Of a DNA stretch of 64,000 bases, positions 1-13,439 are shown piece by piece. Position 1 is the stretch's first letter. Every line of letters starts with the position of its first letter. The DNA comes from Cycas panzhihuaensis. Lineage: Eukaryota > Plantae > Cycadophyta. The notes under the pieces are model-generated. The model searched no databases, was not told the DNA's origin, and saw nothing but the letters and a program-made list of their open reading frames with translations. Where the stretch lies: contig CM041465.1 in the NCBI GenBank assembly GCA_023213395.1, positions 201,569,741-201,633,740 on the forward strand. The letters run 5' to 3'. The position numbers and the translations under genes are program-made.

Positions 1-3000
1 TGGACAAGGAAAATTGATGAGTAGTAGCCCTTATATGTTGCTTTACCTTATCACTTACATGATTAGGATAGACCTGATAAATTAAATAATGAATAATGTT
101 ACTATACCATTCATCATTAATAGGACTTTGTCCCACATTGTCCTTATGGACATGATGGCCTCATCGAGCAATGTGCCATCCATGGGTATATTGGTTTGAT
201 TAGGAAAAGGAGCATGAGCAAGTTTCTCTACAATGACCATCCCTTTCTTAGATTTCCTATTAGCCATCCATAGGCCATATTCTTAAAGGACTTCCTACGT
301 CTTGGCTTACCCCATGACATCATAATTTATTAATAAAAAATAAAGTGGGTTAGACTAGACAATCACCTTTGTTGTACTCATAGGAGGTAGCATCTTAATT
401 TTTTAAGAGCATATACTAGGGAAAAGCACTTCTTTTATATAGGGATATACTTGAGTTCTATCACCATAAGGGAGCAACTTATGACATAAATGATGCAATC
501 TACCCCTAAATTATCCTCCTAAACCAACATGGCTTTAATTAACTCACTTATAGATGACGTGTATAAAATGAATATATTATCAGATCAAGGAGGGGCTAAG
601 ATAAGGGTAGGGACTAAGCATTGCTTTAGCTCTTCAAAAGAACCATGAATTGTTAGTGTCCAAACAAAAGGGACCTCCTTTTTAGGGTTTACCATTTATG
701 GGAAAGTTGACCAAGAAATATCGAAGGAATCTAAGCCTCTTAAGGAATAACTTAATTTATATTTAGATGTGAGGAAGGGGAATCTCAAGGATTACCCTCA
801 TCTTTTTGGGATCAACTTTGATTCCATATTTGGATGTAATAAGCCCTAGGAGTTTCCATGCCATATGTACAAATATTTACTTATGTATGTTCAAGCTAAT
901 ATGATATTTATAACACCTTGAGAAGATCTTCCTAAGGCTTGTAGGGTGATCCTTCTTTTTTTTAGACAACCTATGTAGGTCATCGATGTATACTTTGAGA
1001 ATCTTATTGATATTGTCATGAAAAATAAAGTGTATGGCTCATTTCTAAGTAGCACCTACATGTTTAAGGTCAAAGGGCATTGCTATATAAGTAAAAGTGC
1101 CCCACGGGGTCATGAAAGTAGTCTTATAACAATCCTTAGGTGAAATTAAGATTTGATTATATCTTAAGAAACTATCTATGAGGGACATAATCTCAAACCC
1201 TATTGTCTTATCAATAATTTAATAGTTGTAAGAGAGAGGGAAGTTATCCTTAGGGTTGACATTATTTATGTCCTAAAAGTTGATGTAGATACAAATTTCC
1301 CCATTCTTTTTTTCCATAGGGACAATGTTAGACACCCAACATGGGTAATTGATTAACTTTATGAGGCTAGCACTACGAAGTCTCTCAACCTCCATATTCA
1401 TAGTGGCTAAGAGTTTAGGATAAATAGGATGTTATTTTTGCCTCATGGGCTTTACTCTGAGGATTGTAATGACACTATGTATAACTATCTTAGGGTTTAT
1501 ACCTTTCATATTAATGTAGTCCTAGGTAAATATATCTTAAAATTCATGAAAGAGCTCTATGTACTCAATAATCTCTAATGGGGAGCATTCTACCCCGACT
1601 TTGATAACCTTTCTTAAGGCTATGATAATGTCAATAGTTTCTCCTATAAGGAGTATGTTCCCATCCTTAAAATAAGAAGGAGCTTATTCAATGGGTGGGT
1701 TTGGGGTAGCTTTTCCTATACAAGACTTGATAAGAGGAGAACTAATAATGTGGAACTTCTAAAACCCTAACTCAAGGTGGTTCAGAGGAAGGTTATGGAT
1801 GGCTCCTACAAGAAGCTCTAATAGCATCTCATCATTCTCAATGTACTCAATGTTGTTAATGACTTTCACCTAAGTATCATATTTTATAACTTGAGAAGAG
1901 ACTCAATGCATTAGTCAACCCATTAATCAAACAAGCATAAAGAGTACTCAGATGGTAAAGACTTATAGTGTCAATGATGAATATTAACATACTCAATAGG
2001 GAGGTGAGCCTAGGTGAGGGTAGGTTGCTTATCTTTGGGTTCTAGATCAAAGATTAGAAGGCCATCAAACATTTCATAGGTGGATAAATGGGGCAATTTA
2101 TAGATGATGGACTCATCAAGTAAAATGAAGGAATTAAGTTGAGTTACATGACCATAAGGTCAAGAAAGTCCCAAACCTAGTAAATCATGTTGATGGTTCT
2201 AGTGGGGAGGGCCTTGATCAGTAACCTTCCTTGAAGGAATGTTATCCTAAATCTAAATTAGGATTAGGGTAACATACCAAGCATGTAGGCCAAGGAATTC
2301 CCCATGCATATTATGGCTATTAATCAAGTTTTAAAGGTTAGGGATTTGATTGCCTTAGGTCTCTGAAACCTTAATCATATCTTTGAGGTTGATAGCAACC
2401 TCTAAGGTGATTGGGCATGAGGAAGTGCTTAAAATAGGTTGGGGACAACTTATGGATGTAGGTGTCTACCTAGCTTCTGGTTGAGAAAAATTGGAATGGC
2501 AAGAATAGATAAGGCATTGGTTATGATGTGTAAGCTAAGCCTCTTAGTAAGGGGAGACTCTATCAGTTAAGGAATAGGAAGCAAGGTTCATGGGATTTTT
2601 CATAAGGGCCATTAGGTGATCAGGTGGAAGGAGAGTCTCTTGGAGGGACCCAAAAAGAAGAATGGCATCTTCAAGTGAGGTAACCCCTTGGTTATAGTTA
2701 AGCATGGCCATATAATATATAGGGGGCTCTTCATCATCAACCTCAAAGTTGAGGTCACTAATGGCTGCAAGGTATCTATAACTACCCATAGTAATTAGGA
2801 TGAAGTGAACTGCATTGGGTGTTAGAGAGGGTGGGTCATGATCAAATTTGGGGCCTCCATCTTTGAAAAGGGATTCAAGCCATGGATCTTCTTTGACTAC
2901 CCCTTCTCTTTCATTATTAAAAATATATTAGGTTGTGGGCTGGGAGGGGTGATAAGGGAGAGATTTCTTATGAGATCATACATACTCTCCTATCGTGGAT

Positions 3001-3800
3001 AAACTTTAGTTGGCTCTAGAGTGATGATCAAACTACCTCTATTTGGTCTAACCATAGCCTCCTTAAAAGAAGGTTATAATCCATGTCAATATCCATGACC
3101 ACAATTTTAATGAAGACTATTTTATCTTCAAGCATAAGTAAGAGGATAATGGTTCCCAAAGGGGCCTTCTCATTGTTATCATACCCTTGGAACTTCTAGA
3201 GAACAAGCTCAAAAGCCCCAATGCCCAATTCCTTAAGCATTCAGGTGGGCATAATATTAATTGAAGACCTATTATTAATGAATATCATCTTTAGAGAAAA
3301 GTTCTTTATCTTGATAATGATGGCAAAGGGGGGAGGCTAATGGAATTCTCTCTTTTTCTAAGGGAGTAGGTCCTCTAGATAAAAGGTTATGATAGGTTAG
3401 TTCATTGAAGATTTGATGTGAATAGTATGAATAGGCACCTCCTTATACCCAAAGGCTTTTAGAAACAAGATTCTTTGCTTAAGGAAACTCCATAATATGT
3501 CCATCATGAACATTCTTGAAGAGATGGTTTGAAGCTCTTCAATGATGAAAAAGATCTTCCCCTTGCTAGTGGGATGGGAAAAGGGCCTTCTTAAGTTGTA
3601 TTAATGCAAGTAAACTAGAATGGTTTTAGGAAAAAGAGGGATTTTAGTAAGTTGGGACTCAAGTGATAGAAGTTGAGATGTGGATGCCCCTTCAACCTCT
3701 TTGGCTACTTGGGTGTTATTTTCTATAGCTTGGGAAGTCTATATTCATCCCAACAGAGGTAAGTGGAGATATATTCTTCTCTTTTTTATCTTCAATTTAG
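1..3800 (-). mobile_element. Element A: degenerate Tat-type Ty3/gypsy gag-end/PR/RT/RH region, continuing past the left edge
   Basis: Minus-strand motifs: protease-like INNRSSINIMP (~3250-3280), RT YKTTFMTPWGT (~1097-1128) and VYIDDL (~976-993), RH end RKSKKGMVIVEKLAHAP (82-267 ORF), then the pre-integrase linker EWYSNIIHYL (~85-115). The protease region is homologous to 47704-48060 and 23400-23760. Many stop codons. Confidence 0.88.
620..1420 (-). pseudogene. Ty3/gypsy reverse transcriptase of element A (pseudogenised)
   Basis: KTTFMTPWG and YIDD motifs on the minus strand, interrupted by stops; boundaries approximate. Confidence 0.85.
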
Positions 3801-4413
3801 TCATTGACTTCTTACAAGAATGTGTATTAGCATTTGCCTATTATCTTTGAAAATGGGTGTATGTATTCTCATTTAATGATGAGTCTGACTATGGTTAGTG
3901 GAAAAATAAGTTGCCCACCTAAGCTTGATGACCTATAGAATGGCTTTTAAGTACCTCTACAAATGCTTCTTACCTTTATTCTTTCCTTATTTATAGTTCT
4001 TTCCTACTTACTTTACTCCTTTGGATGATTTGGTCATCAAAATAGTGATTTTTCTCTATATTTTCTTTCATCCTACTATGATAAATACCTATCCCATTAT
4101 AATTTTAGATTGTCTTATGTTAAAACATTTCTTTTCCACACTATTTTTGGTCTTTGTAAAAGTTCACAATATCAGAATGTTTGTCATGGTACCACAATAT
4201 TTCAAACTTTCTAATACTATTAAGAACTTTATGGGATGATAGTAGGTTATCTAAAAAAAGGATCATGTGTTTTCAATGTGCATTTAATGCATCTAATTGA
4301 ATTTTTGGTATTGGCACTGTAAAAAATCTTATGGGAATCTATTATTTCCCTCCCAAAAATTTTCTCATCAATGGCTTATCATTAAGATTGAGCTAAATCT
4401 ATAAGTAATTTGT

Positions 4414-4463
4414 CCATGGTTTTAGTCCATGGTTTGGCTCCAAACCATGGGCCTAAACCATGG
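4414..4463. repeat. Imperfect hairpin/inverted repeat of CCATGGTTT units
   Basis: CCATGGTTTTAGTCCATGGTTTGG-CT-CCAAACCATGGGCCTAAACCATGG: 24-bp arms, 3 mismatches, 2-nt loop. Confidence 0.8.
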
Positions 4464-6019
4464 GCCCAATACCACTTAACTTCACCTCACAACATCTATA
4501 AAATCCCTTCTATTTTCACATAAAGGAAAGGTAAAAACTTTAGTGTTATATTGCCAGAATGCTACCAAATTTTCTTTAAACTTTTATTACTATTTCACAC
4601 TTGCTTATTTGGCTTCCACCTTTAGGTTATAAATTAGAATTATTTCACTATTAAAGATATCTACAATTAAAGTTATATGCTAAGATCATCCCTCTTCGGT
4701 TAAGAGTTAGGGAAACACCCCCCATATTATTTATACTCCTCTTTTATTTCTAATTATTGTTTGATTTTAATTTCTTACTTATTTAATGTTTTGTCACTTA
4801 GTTTATCTTTTATATACCTTGTATACTTTACTCTTCCCTTAGTGGGGAGTGTCTTATAGGGACAATGATGGCTAAGTAGTGGTCATTAAGCTTTGAATGT
4901 GGTGGGAACCCTTTTCTAGTTTTAAGACACCATTCACTATATTATATTGTTAGCTTTAAATTATTTCTTTCACTTTAATTTGTGGTTATTTTTAGTTGAT
5001 GAAATTTTAAGTTTTATTGTATGTGCTAACTTGGAATGTGGTGGAATACTTTAATCCACTTTATTGCAAGTTGGAGGCTTCAAAAGTGATTTAGAAACTC
5101 CTTCTTCTTTCCCCATCCTTCACACTAATTACTAGTGCCTACTACATAGTGAAAGCACTGCCCAAATTCCTCCAATATGATTGAATCATATGATTCTAAA
5201 AAGTTTGTTTTAAACTTGTTTTCAAGAATTTCAAGTTATAGCATTAATGTTTTTCCACCATAAGTTGATCTAGTAAGCAGAAATGCTATCAAAATTTCTC
5301 TAAAAATTGTGAATCTATGTATGTTATTTAACCTTGATTGTTACTCCTTTGGTAGACTTACGTCATGAGGTTTTATATTTCTAAAAGAAGATTTATTAAA
5401 GATATTTAGAGTGAAATTTTAGATATTCTCCTTCAACACCCCCTCCTCATTTGTATGTTTCATTTTCAAAAATGAAAAAGCTTACAATCCTAATTTTAAT
5501 TTTAATTTTTAGTTAAAAAGAGAAAGAGAAAGAATACTTGCTTATATATTTATCATACCTAATTTCTCCTCTCTTTACTTTTCATGTAGTTAGCGTCTTA
5601 TATATATATTTTTTGAAAAAAGGAAACTTACATATAATCTAAAAAGAGAAGAAAATAAGCTTGTAATTTCACTTTTACATTGATATTCTACTTGTGATTG
5701 TACACTTAACGAAGTCCAAATAGAGTAAAGGTTTGTACTTATTATGAGTCCTCAAATCCATAAGGCCAAATGACATTTTTCTAGACTAATTTTATTTGCA
5801 TCTTTCCATTTAACTAAAAGATTATGTTAGCTATATTTTAGGTTGTATTGATTGCCTCTTATACTTCTTTTTTTGGATAAGGTTATTCTTCCATCAAAGA
5901 GAGGAGACTATTGCCTTTCTACTTCAATTTTGTCTTTGGATGAGAGAGGTGGTCTTGTGCCTTTTGGTGGATCAGTTCATCTAATCCATATTCTCAATGG
6001 TCCAATGTAGGATGTTTAT

Positions 6020-6605
6020 TGTAGTGATCTAGTTCTACTTTTATAGTAATTTTTCTCAAAAATACATGGAATAATCCATAAAAGACAATAACTAGATGTT
6101 ATTCAATAGGAAAGTGAACTAGGAAGAGGAATTATAGAATCCATCAAAGTAAATAATAATATTTATTATCAAATAATACTAAAATAGAATGAAATTACAA
6201 CAAAATACCAGTCTCTCCTAAAGAAGTAAGCTTCCCTCTTCAAGGCAAGGAACCCTCCAAACTATAGCCCTCAAATAGGCGAGCTAATTGTAGCCCTAGA
6301 ACTGAAAATGCACAACTAAAAGAACCTCTAAATGATGGTTTGGGATGTGGCCCAAACTTCCTATTTATAACAACCAAAATACTTCAATTAGAAGTTGGCC
6401 AGATTGGGTGATATTCTTCTCAATACTTCTCAAATAGAAGTCAACCAAAACTTCTCCAAAAACTGGCAAGCTAACTTTAAATGGTCATAACTTTTGATAT
6501 AGATGTTATAATTAACTTTCATCTAAACTATTAAAATCCTTGTTCAAAAACCTTTTATTTTAATGGTCATGAGGTATAATTTTGACCATATTTTGGAATG
6601 CTATA
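6020..6605 (-). repeat. 3' LTR of the 6020-11818 element
   Basis: Direct repeat of 11243-11818 (tgtagtgatctagttc...ggaatgctata). Confidence 0.92.
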
Positions 6606-7365
6606 ATTCTCCTCTCCTTAGAATAATACTTCACCTTCGAAGTATTAGGAAATACTTGTTGCTCAGTCTAATCTTCCAACCACCTCCTGCTAGATCTTGT
6701 AGGTTGTGAAGATTTGGTTTGATCTTGCATCTTCTATGGAACTTTACTAGTAGGCATCTTGAATTTGCTGATGTTTATTCTTGGGTCCAAGTATATGTTA
6801 TGTCTTATTCTGAATCAGAAGGATCCTGGGATCTATGAGGTATCTCAAATATCTTATCCTAGTATTACCTTCAATTTGTATATTTTTGGATGGGGTGGAT
6901 CTTGGAAAAAGATGTGAAGGCTTCGGAAAAAGAATTAATCATGAGGGCATGGATTGGTAATTGCTTATTGTTAAAAGAAAAATAAAAAGTAGAATTATAA
7001 ACTAAGATCAAGTATAAATTTAAAGATATAGGAAGAGAGGATAAATTTTGGAATATACCTTAGATGGAGGTGAAAATTTATGCAGGTTGTTGGAAAATAG
7101 AACCTACAATAAGATATTAAAAAACAAAACAGAACAACTCCACAGGATCGAACGGTACCCTTAAGGTACCTCAAATTGTATTAACAAAACATCCTTACAA
7201 CATCATATAATATGATACACTATGTTGTGTATTTATAATACATGTCAAGATAGTGAGAGTGGAACCCACTTACATGTGGGACAAATCAAATGTGCATTAA
7301 TATTCCAACACTCCCCTTTAATGCATATTTGGGTTATTTGTACTTGTAACACCTTGTCCTTGGAA

Positions 7366-7540
7366 ATGTCTTTAAAATGATGTCTTCAACTTGATCTTTG
7401 TCTTCGATCTTGTAGTGATGTCTTTGCTACAGAATGATGTCTTCATCTTGATTTTCATCTTCAATTCTATACTGATGCCTTTGTAAGATGATATCCTCAG
7501 CTTGATTTTTGTCTTCAATCCTGTAGTGATGATGTTGATG
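7366..7540. repeat. About 3 diverged ~55-bp tandem units next to the PPT
   Basis: Recurring tgatgtcttca-cttgat-tttgtcttc-atc-tgtagtg; encodes RH(H/Q)YRIED(K/E)NQxEDIIL repeats. Confidence 0.75.
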
Positions 7541-8478
7541 TAGCAGCTCTAGCAAGTGCAAATCATGATTCTTCATTATGCCCGGTCTAGTCTTATTTTG
7601 ATATAGATCTTGTAAATAACCATCTTCAATCACAACTTGCATGTCATCATTATCTTGTATAAACTCTTGAACACTATGTACAACATTGATTTCTTCAACC
7701 TTAGGAATGGAGTCTTGATCAACTTGCATACTCTTTGAACTTGAAACAATGCTCAAAGAAGAAATATCATTCAAACTTGAATCGATACTCAAAGTAGGAA
7801 TGTCATCAACATAAGACTCGTTATTTATAGAACCATCAGATTCATATTCAATCTCTCTTGAAATTATGGTGTCATTTTCATAAGCCTTTATCAACTCATC
7901 ACTTTCAATATCTTCATTAGTAGTTGTAGTCTCATCAATGCATTCAACCATCATTTCTTTACATTCAATAGAAATGTCATCAATACTCATACCTTCAGCT
8001 TGACATGATGTTTCATCAGTGTTGATAATATTTTTTTTATTTGTTGTACTTGTATCATAACTAGCCTTAATTGCCTTTTCAATTATTCGTTGTGTTTCTT
8101 TAGGAGTTTGTTCAAATACTTCCCTTAGAAAATCCTAAGCTTCTTTAGCATTACTTGTATGTAGAATCATAGGAATAACAAAATGGAATTTGGAAGGAAG
8201 ATCAACCTCATTGAATGCAGCATGAATCATAATGAATGCTTTTCTATCTTTCTTCTCAAGCATTTCCTTTTCTTCTTCATCATTAGGGATATCATATTCA
8301 TCAGTAACAATCTTCCATAAACCTTTAGCTATGAATAAACATCTCATTTTAATTATCTAAAAGAAGTAGTCTTCACCATTACACTTAAGTACTGGAAGAA
8401 ACGAATCCCTTAAGTAATATTCATTTGTTTCATGAGTATATATAACCACATCATTATCCTCTATGATTGTAAATGACA
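7427..8478 (-). pseudogene. Copia gag N-terminus followed by an acidic, repeat-ended region
   Basis: CNGEDYFF*IIKMRCLFIAKGLWKIV...KKDRKAFIMIH...NAKEA* matches the Copia gag N-terminal pattern. It is followed by the acidic ORF 7427-7990. In-frame stops are present. Confidence 0.75.
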
Positions 8479-11242
8479 TTTTCTAATACCATGTCCCTTT
8501 TACAAGCAATAAATTCACCTATCAATCTCAATAAACTTTCTCATGTCTCATGTCCCTCATATCATTGACTTCATCATCACATCATTGCCTTATACATCTC
8601 ACATATTGCCAAATAGTCACATACAAAGAATATCTGAAGTACTTTCTTCACCATAGAATTAAAGCTTGTATCACATACATCTCACAGGAATCATACATAC
8701 CTCATGTCACCATTAAATCGCCAAGACCCATCATAGTTTACTTAATTGCCCAAAACATAACTCATGCCACAACACCACTCAACAAAGTTTGTTTCCTTAT
8801 AAGTCATGTACCTTCAATAAAAGAAACTCATCCTTATTTTCCTATTCAATTAATTAGAACACATCATCAAACATGCTTGATCTCATTCTTAACACGCCTA
8901 ATAATTGCCCAATCTTGTCATGTAACCTCACATGCAACAAGCACCTCATTGCCTCAAATCACTATCTTTCTTACCCTCAAATTAATTTTGTTATGCCCAT
9001 CAAGTCCCTTCACGTAAATCACATTCTACGAAGCATTTAATTGTCACATTCCATCCAACTCATTCATGCAAACACATGTACTATCACTTTATTACCATAC
9101 AATGCCATTGTCACAATAGCTCTCTCATACAAACACATGTAAGAAAGCACTCAAACTATCATTAAACAATCACTATTATGCATCTCAAATCACTAATAGA
9201 GTGCCAAATATATTCACATCAATATGACTTAATGCCATCTTACATTACAACAATACTCTCCCAAGCACAACATATATAAGAGAGCCTCAAACAATCACCT
9301 CATTACCATTGCCTCATTCGTGTCACCATATCAATATGAAACCCTTAAATTTCTAAAAAATTATTTCTGAAAAATAATATAACTCAAAAATACATGAAAT
9401 ATGGATGAAAATAATGGCCTCTAAAATATGATTCCAATGGTTCAGACAAAATTGAATTCTAATATCTAGATAAAAAGTTATGCTCCTTTTAAGAATTTCA
9501 CAATTAGAGTTTCTAGGGACTGTAATAGTACCTTCTGATAAACTGATAATAACTTTTTATTCTAAACTCTAATAAACTTCAAACCACTTCCATTAGAAAG
9601 AGAATTCAAAAACACACAGAATCAAAAAACATTTAAGGTCATTTGGATACTTGTAGCCAAAGTTATGGCTCTTTGAAGTTGAGGTTGTAGATCTGTCCCA
9701 AAAATATGGCGACAGAAAAAATGTAGGACGAAATTAATTCTAGTATAATTTTCACACTTTCACCCCAAAATCTATAATGCGACCACTCAAATTTTACATA
9801 ATGAGCTATTTTGTCTCAATTTTGCCATTACTTTTTAGAAATTTCAACGTTATGGCACCTCCCAAATCACTGCTCTAATACCGAACAAAAACACCTCTTT
9901 CAACCTGGCTCTGATACCATGTTAGAAAATAGAACCTGTAATAAGATATTGAAAAATAAAATAGAACACCTCCACAGGATTGAACAATAACCTTAAGGTA
10001 CCTCAAATTGTATTAACAAAACATCCTTACAACAACATACAATATGATACACTATGTTGTGTATTTATAATACATGTCAATATAATGAGAGTGGAACTCA
10101 CTTGCATATGTGACAAATCAAATGTGCATTAATATTCCAACACAGGTTTTATTGGACTACAATATTTTTTGGGAGAGAATGATGGATGGGAAATCAGTGA
10201 TAGATGTTCTTTATGAAAAGAAGGTTTTAATAGGTTTTTAGGAATGGTATTCAGACAAAAGAAAAAAATTTAACGAAAAAAAATAATATTGATGATATGA
10301 AATTGAAGGGGTTTGGGAAACGTCAAATGGGGTTTTGTAAGGGGTAATACTAAGAGATGAAACGTGATGAATAGATTGAAGTTGTGGAGTATCTTATTGA
10401 GGATGATCTATAGTGGGTGAAAGAGCACGTGAATAAAGGGATGAACTAGGGTTATAAAGAGGAATTAGGATTTGACCTATGAAAAAACTAAAGTTAAGGG
10501 AATTATGATTATGGCTAACTACAGGATTTGGAAAAGAAATTTTTTAGTGAGGAAAAGTGAGAGGGTAAATAATTCTACTAAAAGAAATATACATGTGTAA
10601 CACAAGACTATTGAGTGCCTTGCATGTAGCTTGTTGAGATTCTTCTTCGAAGTCTACTTGTTCTTTATTGTTCTTAGGCTGCCCCTGAGAAACTTCACTT
10701 TGTATCTCTTCCTTGATATTGTCTGGAGACTATTCTATTGCGTATGCCGACTTCAAGTATTCTATGTAGTTATATTGTTCCTTCTCTAGAATCTCCTCAT
10801 TAATAGTTTCTTCTTCTTGTCCTTCCTTTTCTACTCGATTCATATCTTGGTTATGCCTTGTGAAAGTTGTGATAGTCACCTCTGAAAACTAGCACCATAT
10901 AAAAGGTTCTTTAGCCTAATTAATGAACCACTCATAAGCTTATCCATTTAGTATCATTTCTAATATTAGTCCATACTTTTCAAATTTTGTATTAGATGTG
11001 AACTCAAAATCTTCTATCAATTTTTTCATTCCCTCATAATCCTCCAAATTAAAAAAAAAATGGTCTTTATTTTTTCCTTCAAACTTTATATATTTAAAAT
11101 GTTTTTCTATGTTTTGCTATAGATTAGGATATCATCAAAGAAAACTAGCACAAATCACCTCATAACATGTTTTAATATTGAATTGACCTTTTTGAGCTTT
11201 TATCTCTACCTTTTCCCTTTGAAAAGAAGCTCGGATACCACT

Positions 11243-11818
11243 TGTAGTGATCTAGTTCTACTTTTATAGTAATTTTCCTAAAAAATCCATGGAATAATTC
11301 ACAAAAGATAATAACTAGATGCTATTCAATAGGAAAATAAACAAGGAATAGGAATTACATAATCTACCAAAGTAAATAATAATATTTATTATTAAATAAT
11401 ACCAAAATAGAATGAAATTACAACAAAATACCAATATTTCCTAAAGAAGTAAGCTTCCCTCTTCGAGACGAGGAACCCTCTAAACTATAGCCCCCAAATG
11501 GGTGAGCTAATTACAGCCCTAGAACCAAAAATGCGCAACCAAAAGAACCTCTGAATGATAGTTTAGGATGCGGCCCAAACTTCCTATTTATAACGATCAA
11601 AATACTTTAATTAGAAGTTGGCTATACTAGGTGATATTCTTCTCAATACTACTCAAATAGGAGTTGTCTAGAACTTCTCCAAAAACTAGCAAACTAACTT
11701 TAAACAGTCATAACTTTTGATATAGATGTTAGAATTAACTTTCATCTGAACTATTGGAATCCTTGTTCAATGACCTTTGATTTGAATGGTCATAAGGTAC
11801 AACTTTTGGAATGCTATA
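11243..11818 (-). repeat. 5' LTR of the 6020-11818 element
   Basis: Direct repeat of 6020-6605, adjacent to the PBS. Confidence 0.92.
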
Positions 11819-13439
11819 TCTATATTCACTATATTCTCATAGGCAGGGTGTTAATAGCCAAGTGAAATTCATTTATCTTATTGATGGTAATAACTTCTTC
11901 TATTTTACCTCTTACAACTTGAGATTTATTGGAGTTAGATATAGGCACTACAAAATTACCTTATACTTGTTGTAAGATGGGTTTCTGATATTAATGAATC
12001 TCCATTGTCTTATCTATAAGTAGATATATCTTATGATCCTAACTCCTTTAGGCCTTTCACTCTAGCCATTCCTTTCCTATATTTCTAGATCGAGTCCATC
12101 ATTTTAGGATCATTTAAAAGTTTAGGTTAGGATAAATTAGTTTATCTTAGGTGGATTAATTATGATAAGTTAGACACATAGACATTACTATATTTAGGAT
12201 GCATGCATCCTAATGAAACCCTATCATTCTGAGGGCCCCTTTTATTAGGTGTTGTTTAGTCCCTCTAGAGGTGCTTCCTATTATATAAATGGATTTTATC
12301 TCTATGGTTCTAGTTTGTTAATAATTTACCTTTGATCTATTCTCATGCATGTTTATTTCTTTGTGTACTTGCCTACATTGCTTGCTTATTGGCTATTGAT
12401 TTGTTACTTTATTTTAAGGTCATTCTCCTTTCTTTCATCTTTGGAATCTACATGCACCTATACATTACCTCTTAGTCTAGATCGTAGTTACTTTTCATCC
12501 CTATACTTGTGTCCATAAGATTCACAAGAGCCATAGGTTTGTTACTCTCTTAACTTGGATCCCTTTCATCCTTTGAGTTTATCATTGGGTTGTGTTTTTA
12601 TACCTCCCATCCTATGTGTTGACATTAATTAGTGATCATACTAGAGACTTTTGAGTTAGAGTTAGTGATATATCATTGATTCTACCTTTCACTTTGATTA
12701 GACCTTTTGCCTCAGGGTGGAAGTCTTGACTAGCACAACTTTCTTTTGTCAACATCCTTCACTCCCTTAGTGCTTTTTTAGTGTGCAAGAATGTATTTAC
12801 TTATTTATTGTTATTCGTTCTTCTTATTTGTCTCCTACATGCTCCAATTTTATTAGCAACTCTAAGGTCTTCCACCTTCTAACTCATTCTTATCCATATC
12901 CTTGAGTTCAACATATGTTAAGCTTCCCTTAATGGAAAACCAACCCCATCCTTAATGGTTTACCAAACTTTTTCAAAACCAACATCATTATCAACCTCAA
13001 GATCTTTAAGAAAGTCAAGATCCATATCAGACCTATGGCCTATTATAATAAGGCATTCAATGGAGTCAATAATTAAAAGGATTATCCATTAAGTAGTAGA
13101 AATTAATTCTTAATATTTGATATAATCTCTATTCAATAAATTACTCACACTATAAAATAGCTCAGTAATCCTTATTCTTTACTCATGAATCTTACAAAAT
13201 TACCTATACATAACTATATATAATAATAAAAAGAATAATAATCCTATCTAACTCGATACATATGAGGTGAGATTTGTAGCCCCTATTGACTTATTACTCA
13301 TAAATAATAATATAATTTAACTATAATATAATACAAAATATTAAAGGGGAGGCTCATAACCTAAGGTTATGAACCATGAAATAAACATTGATGTTTAATA
13401 GCCCTCCTTAATATTTATTTCATTTTTCCTAATACTTAA

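Larger units (their letters stand above)
7088..10142 (-). mobile_element. Non-autonomous gag-only Copia-type element (TR-GAG-like), nested
   Basis: 223-bp LTRs 7088-7310 and 9920-10142 (TGTT...AACA); perfect TSD CAGGT/CAGGT; PBS TGGTATCAGAGC 9908-9919; PPT AAAGGGGAG 7311-7319; no pol motifs. Confidence 0.93.
6020..11818 (-). mobile_element. Internally deleted LTR retrotransposon (chromovirus/Reina-like Ty3/gypsy remnant)
   Basis: LTRs 6020-6605 and 11243-11818; PBS TGGTATCCGAGC (tRNA-iMet type) at 11229-11240; PPT AGGAGAGGAG at ~6609-6618; TSD TTTAT/TCTAT; RT fragment FVLVFFDDILIYSKT at ~11110-11156. Confidence 0.85.

Noticed and set aside
5434-5448. CAACA followed by CCCCCTCCTC as a minus-strand PPT/LTR boundary
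   Set aside because: No partner LTR or TSD found; could be an LTR-internal motif
7366-7540. CRISPR-like array
   Set aside because: Contiguous diverged tandem units without unique spacers, in a eukaryotic TE context
8550-9017. 155-aa plus-strand ORF
   Set aside because: Low-complexity C/A-rich antisense of the element's leader; no domain
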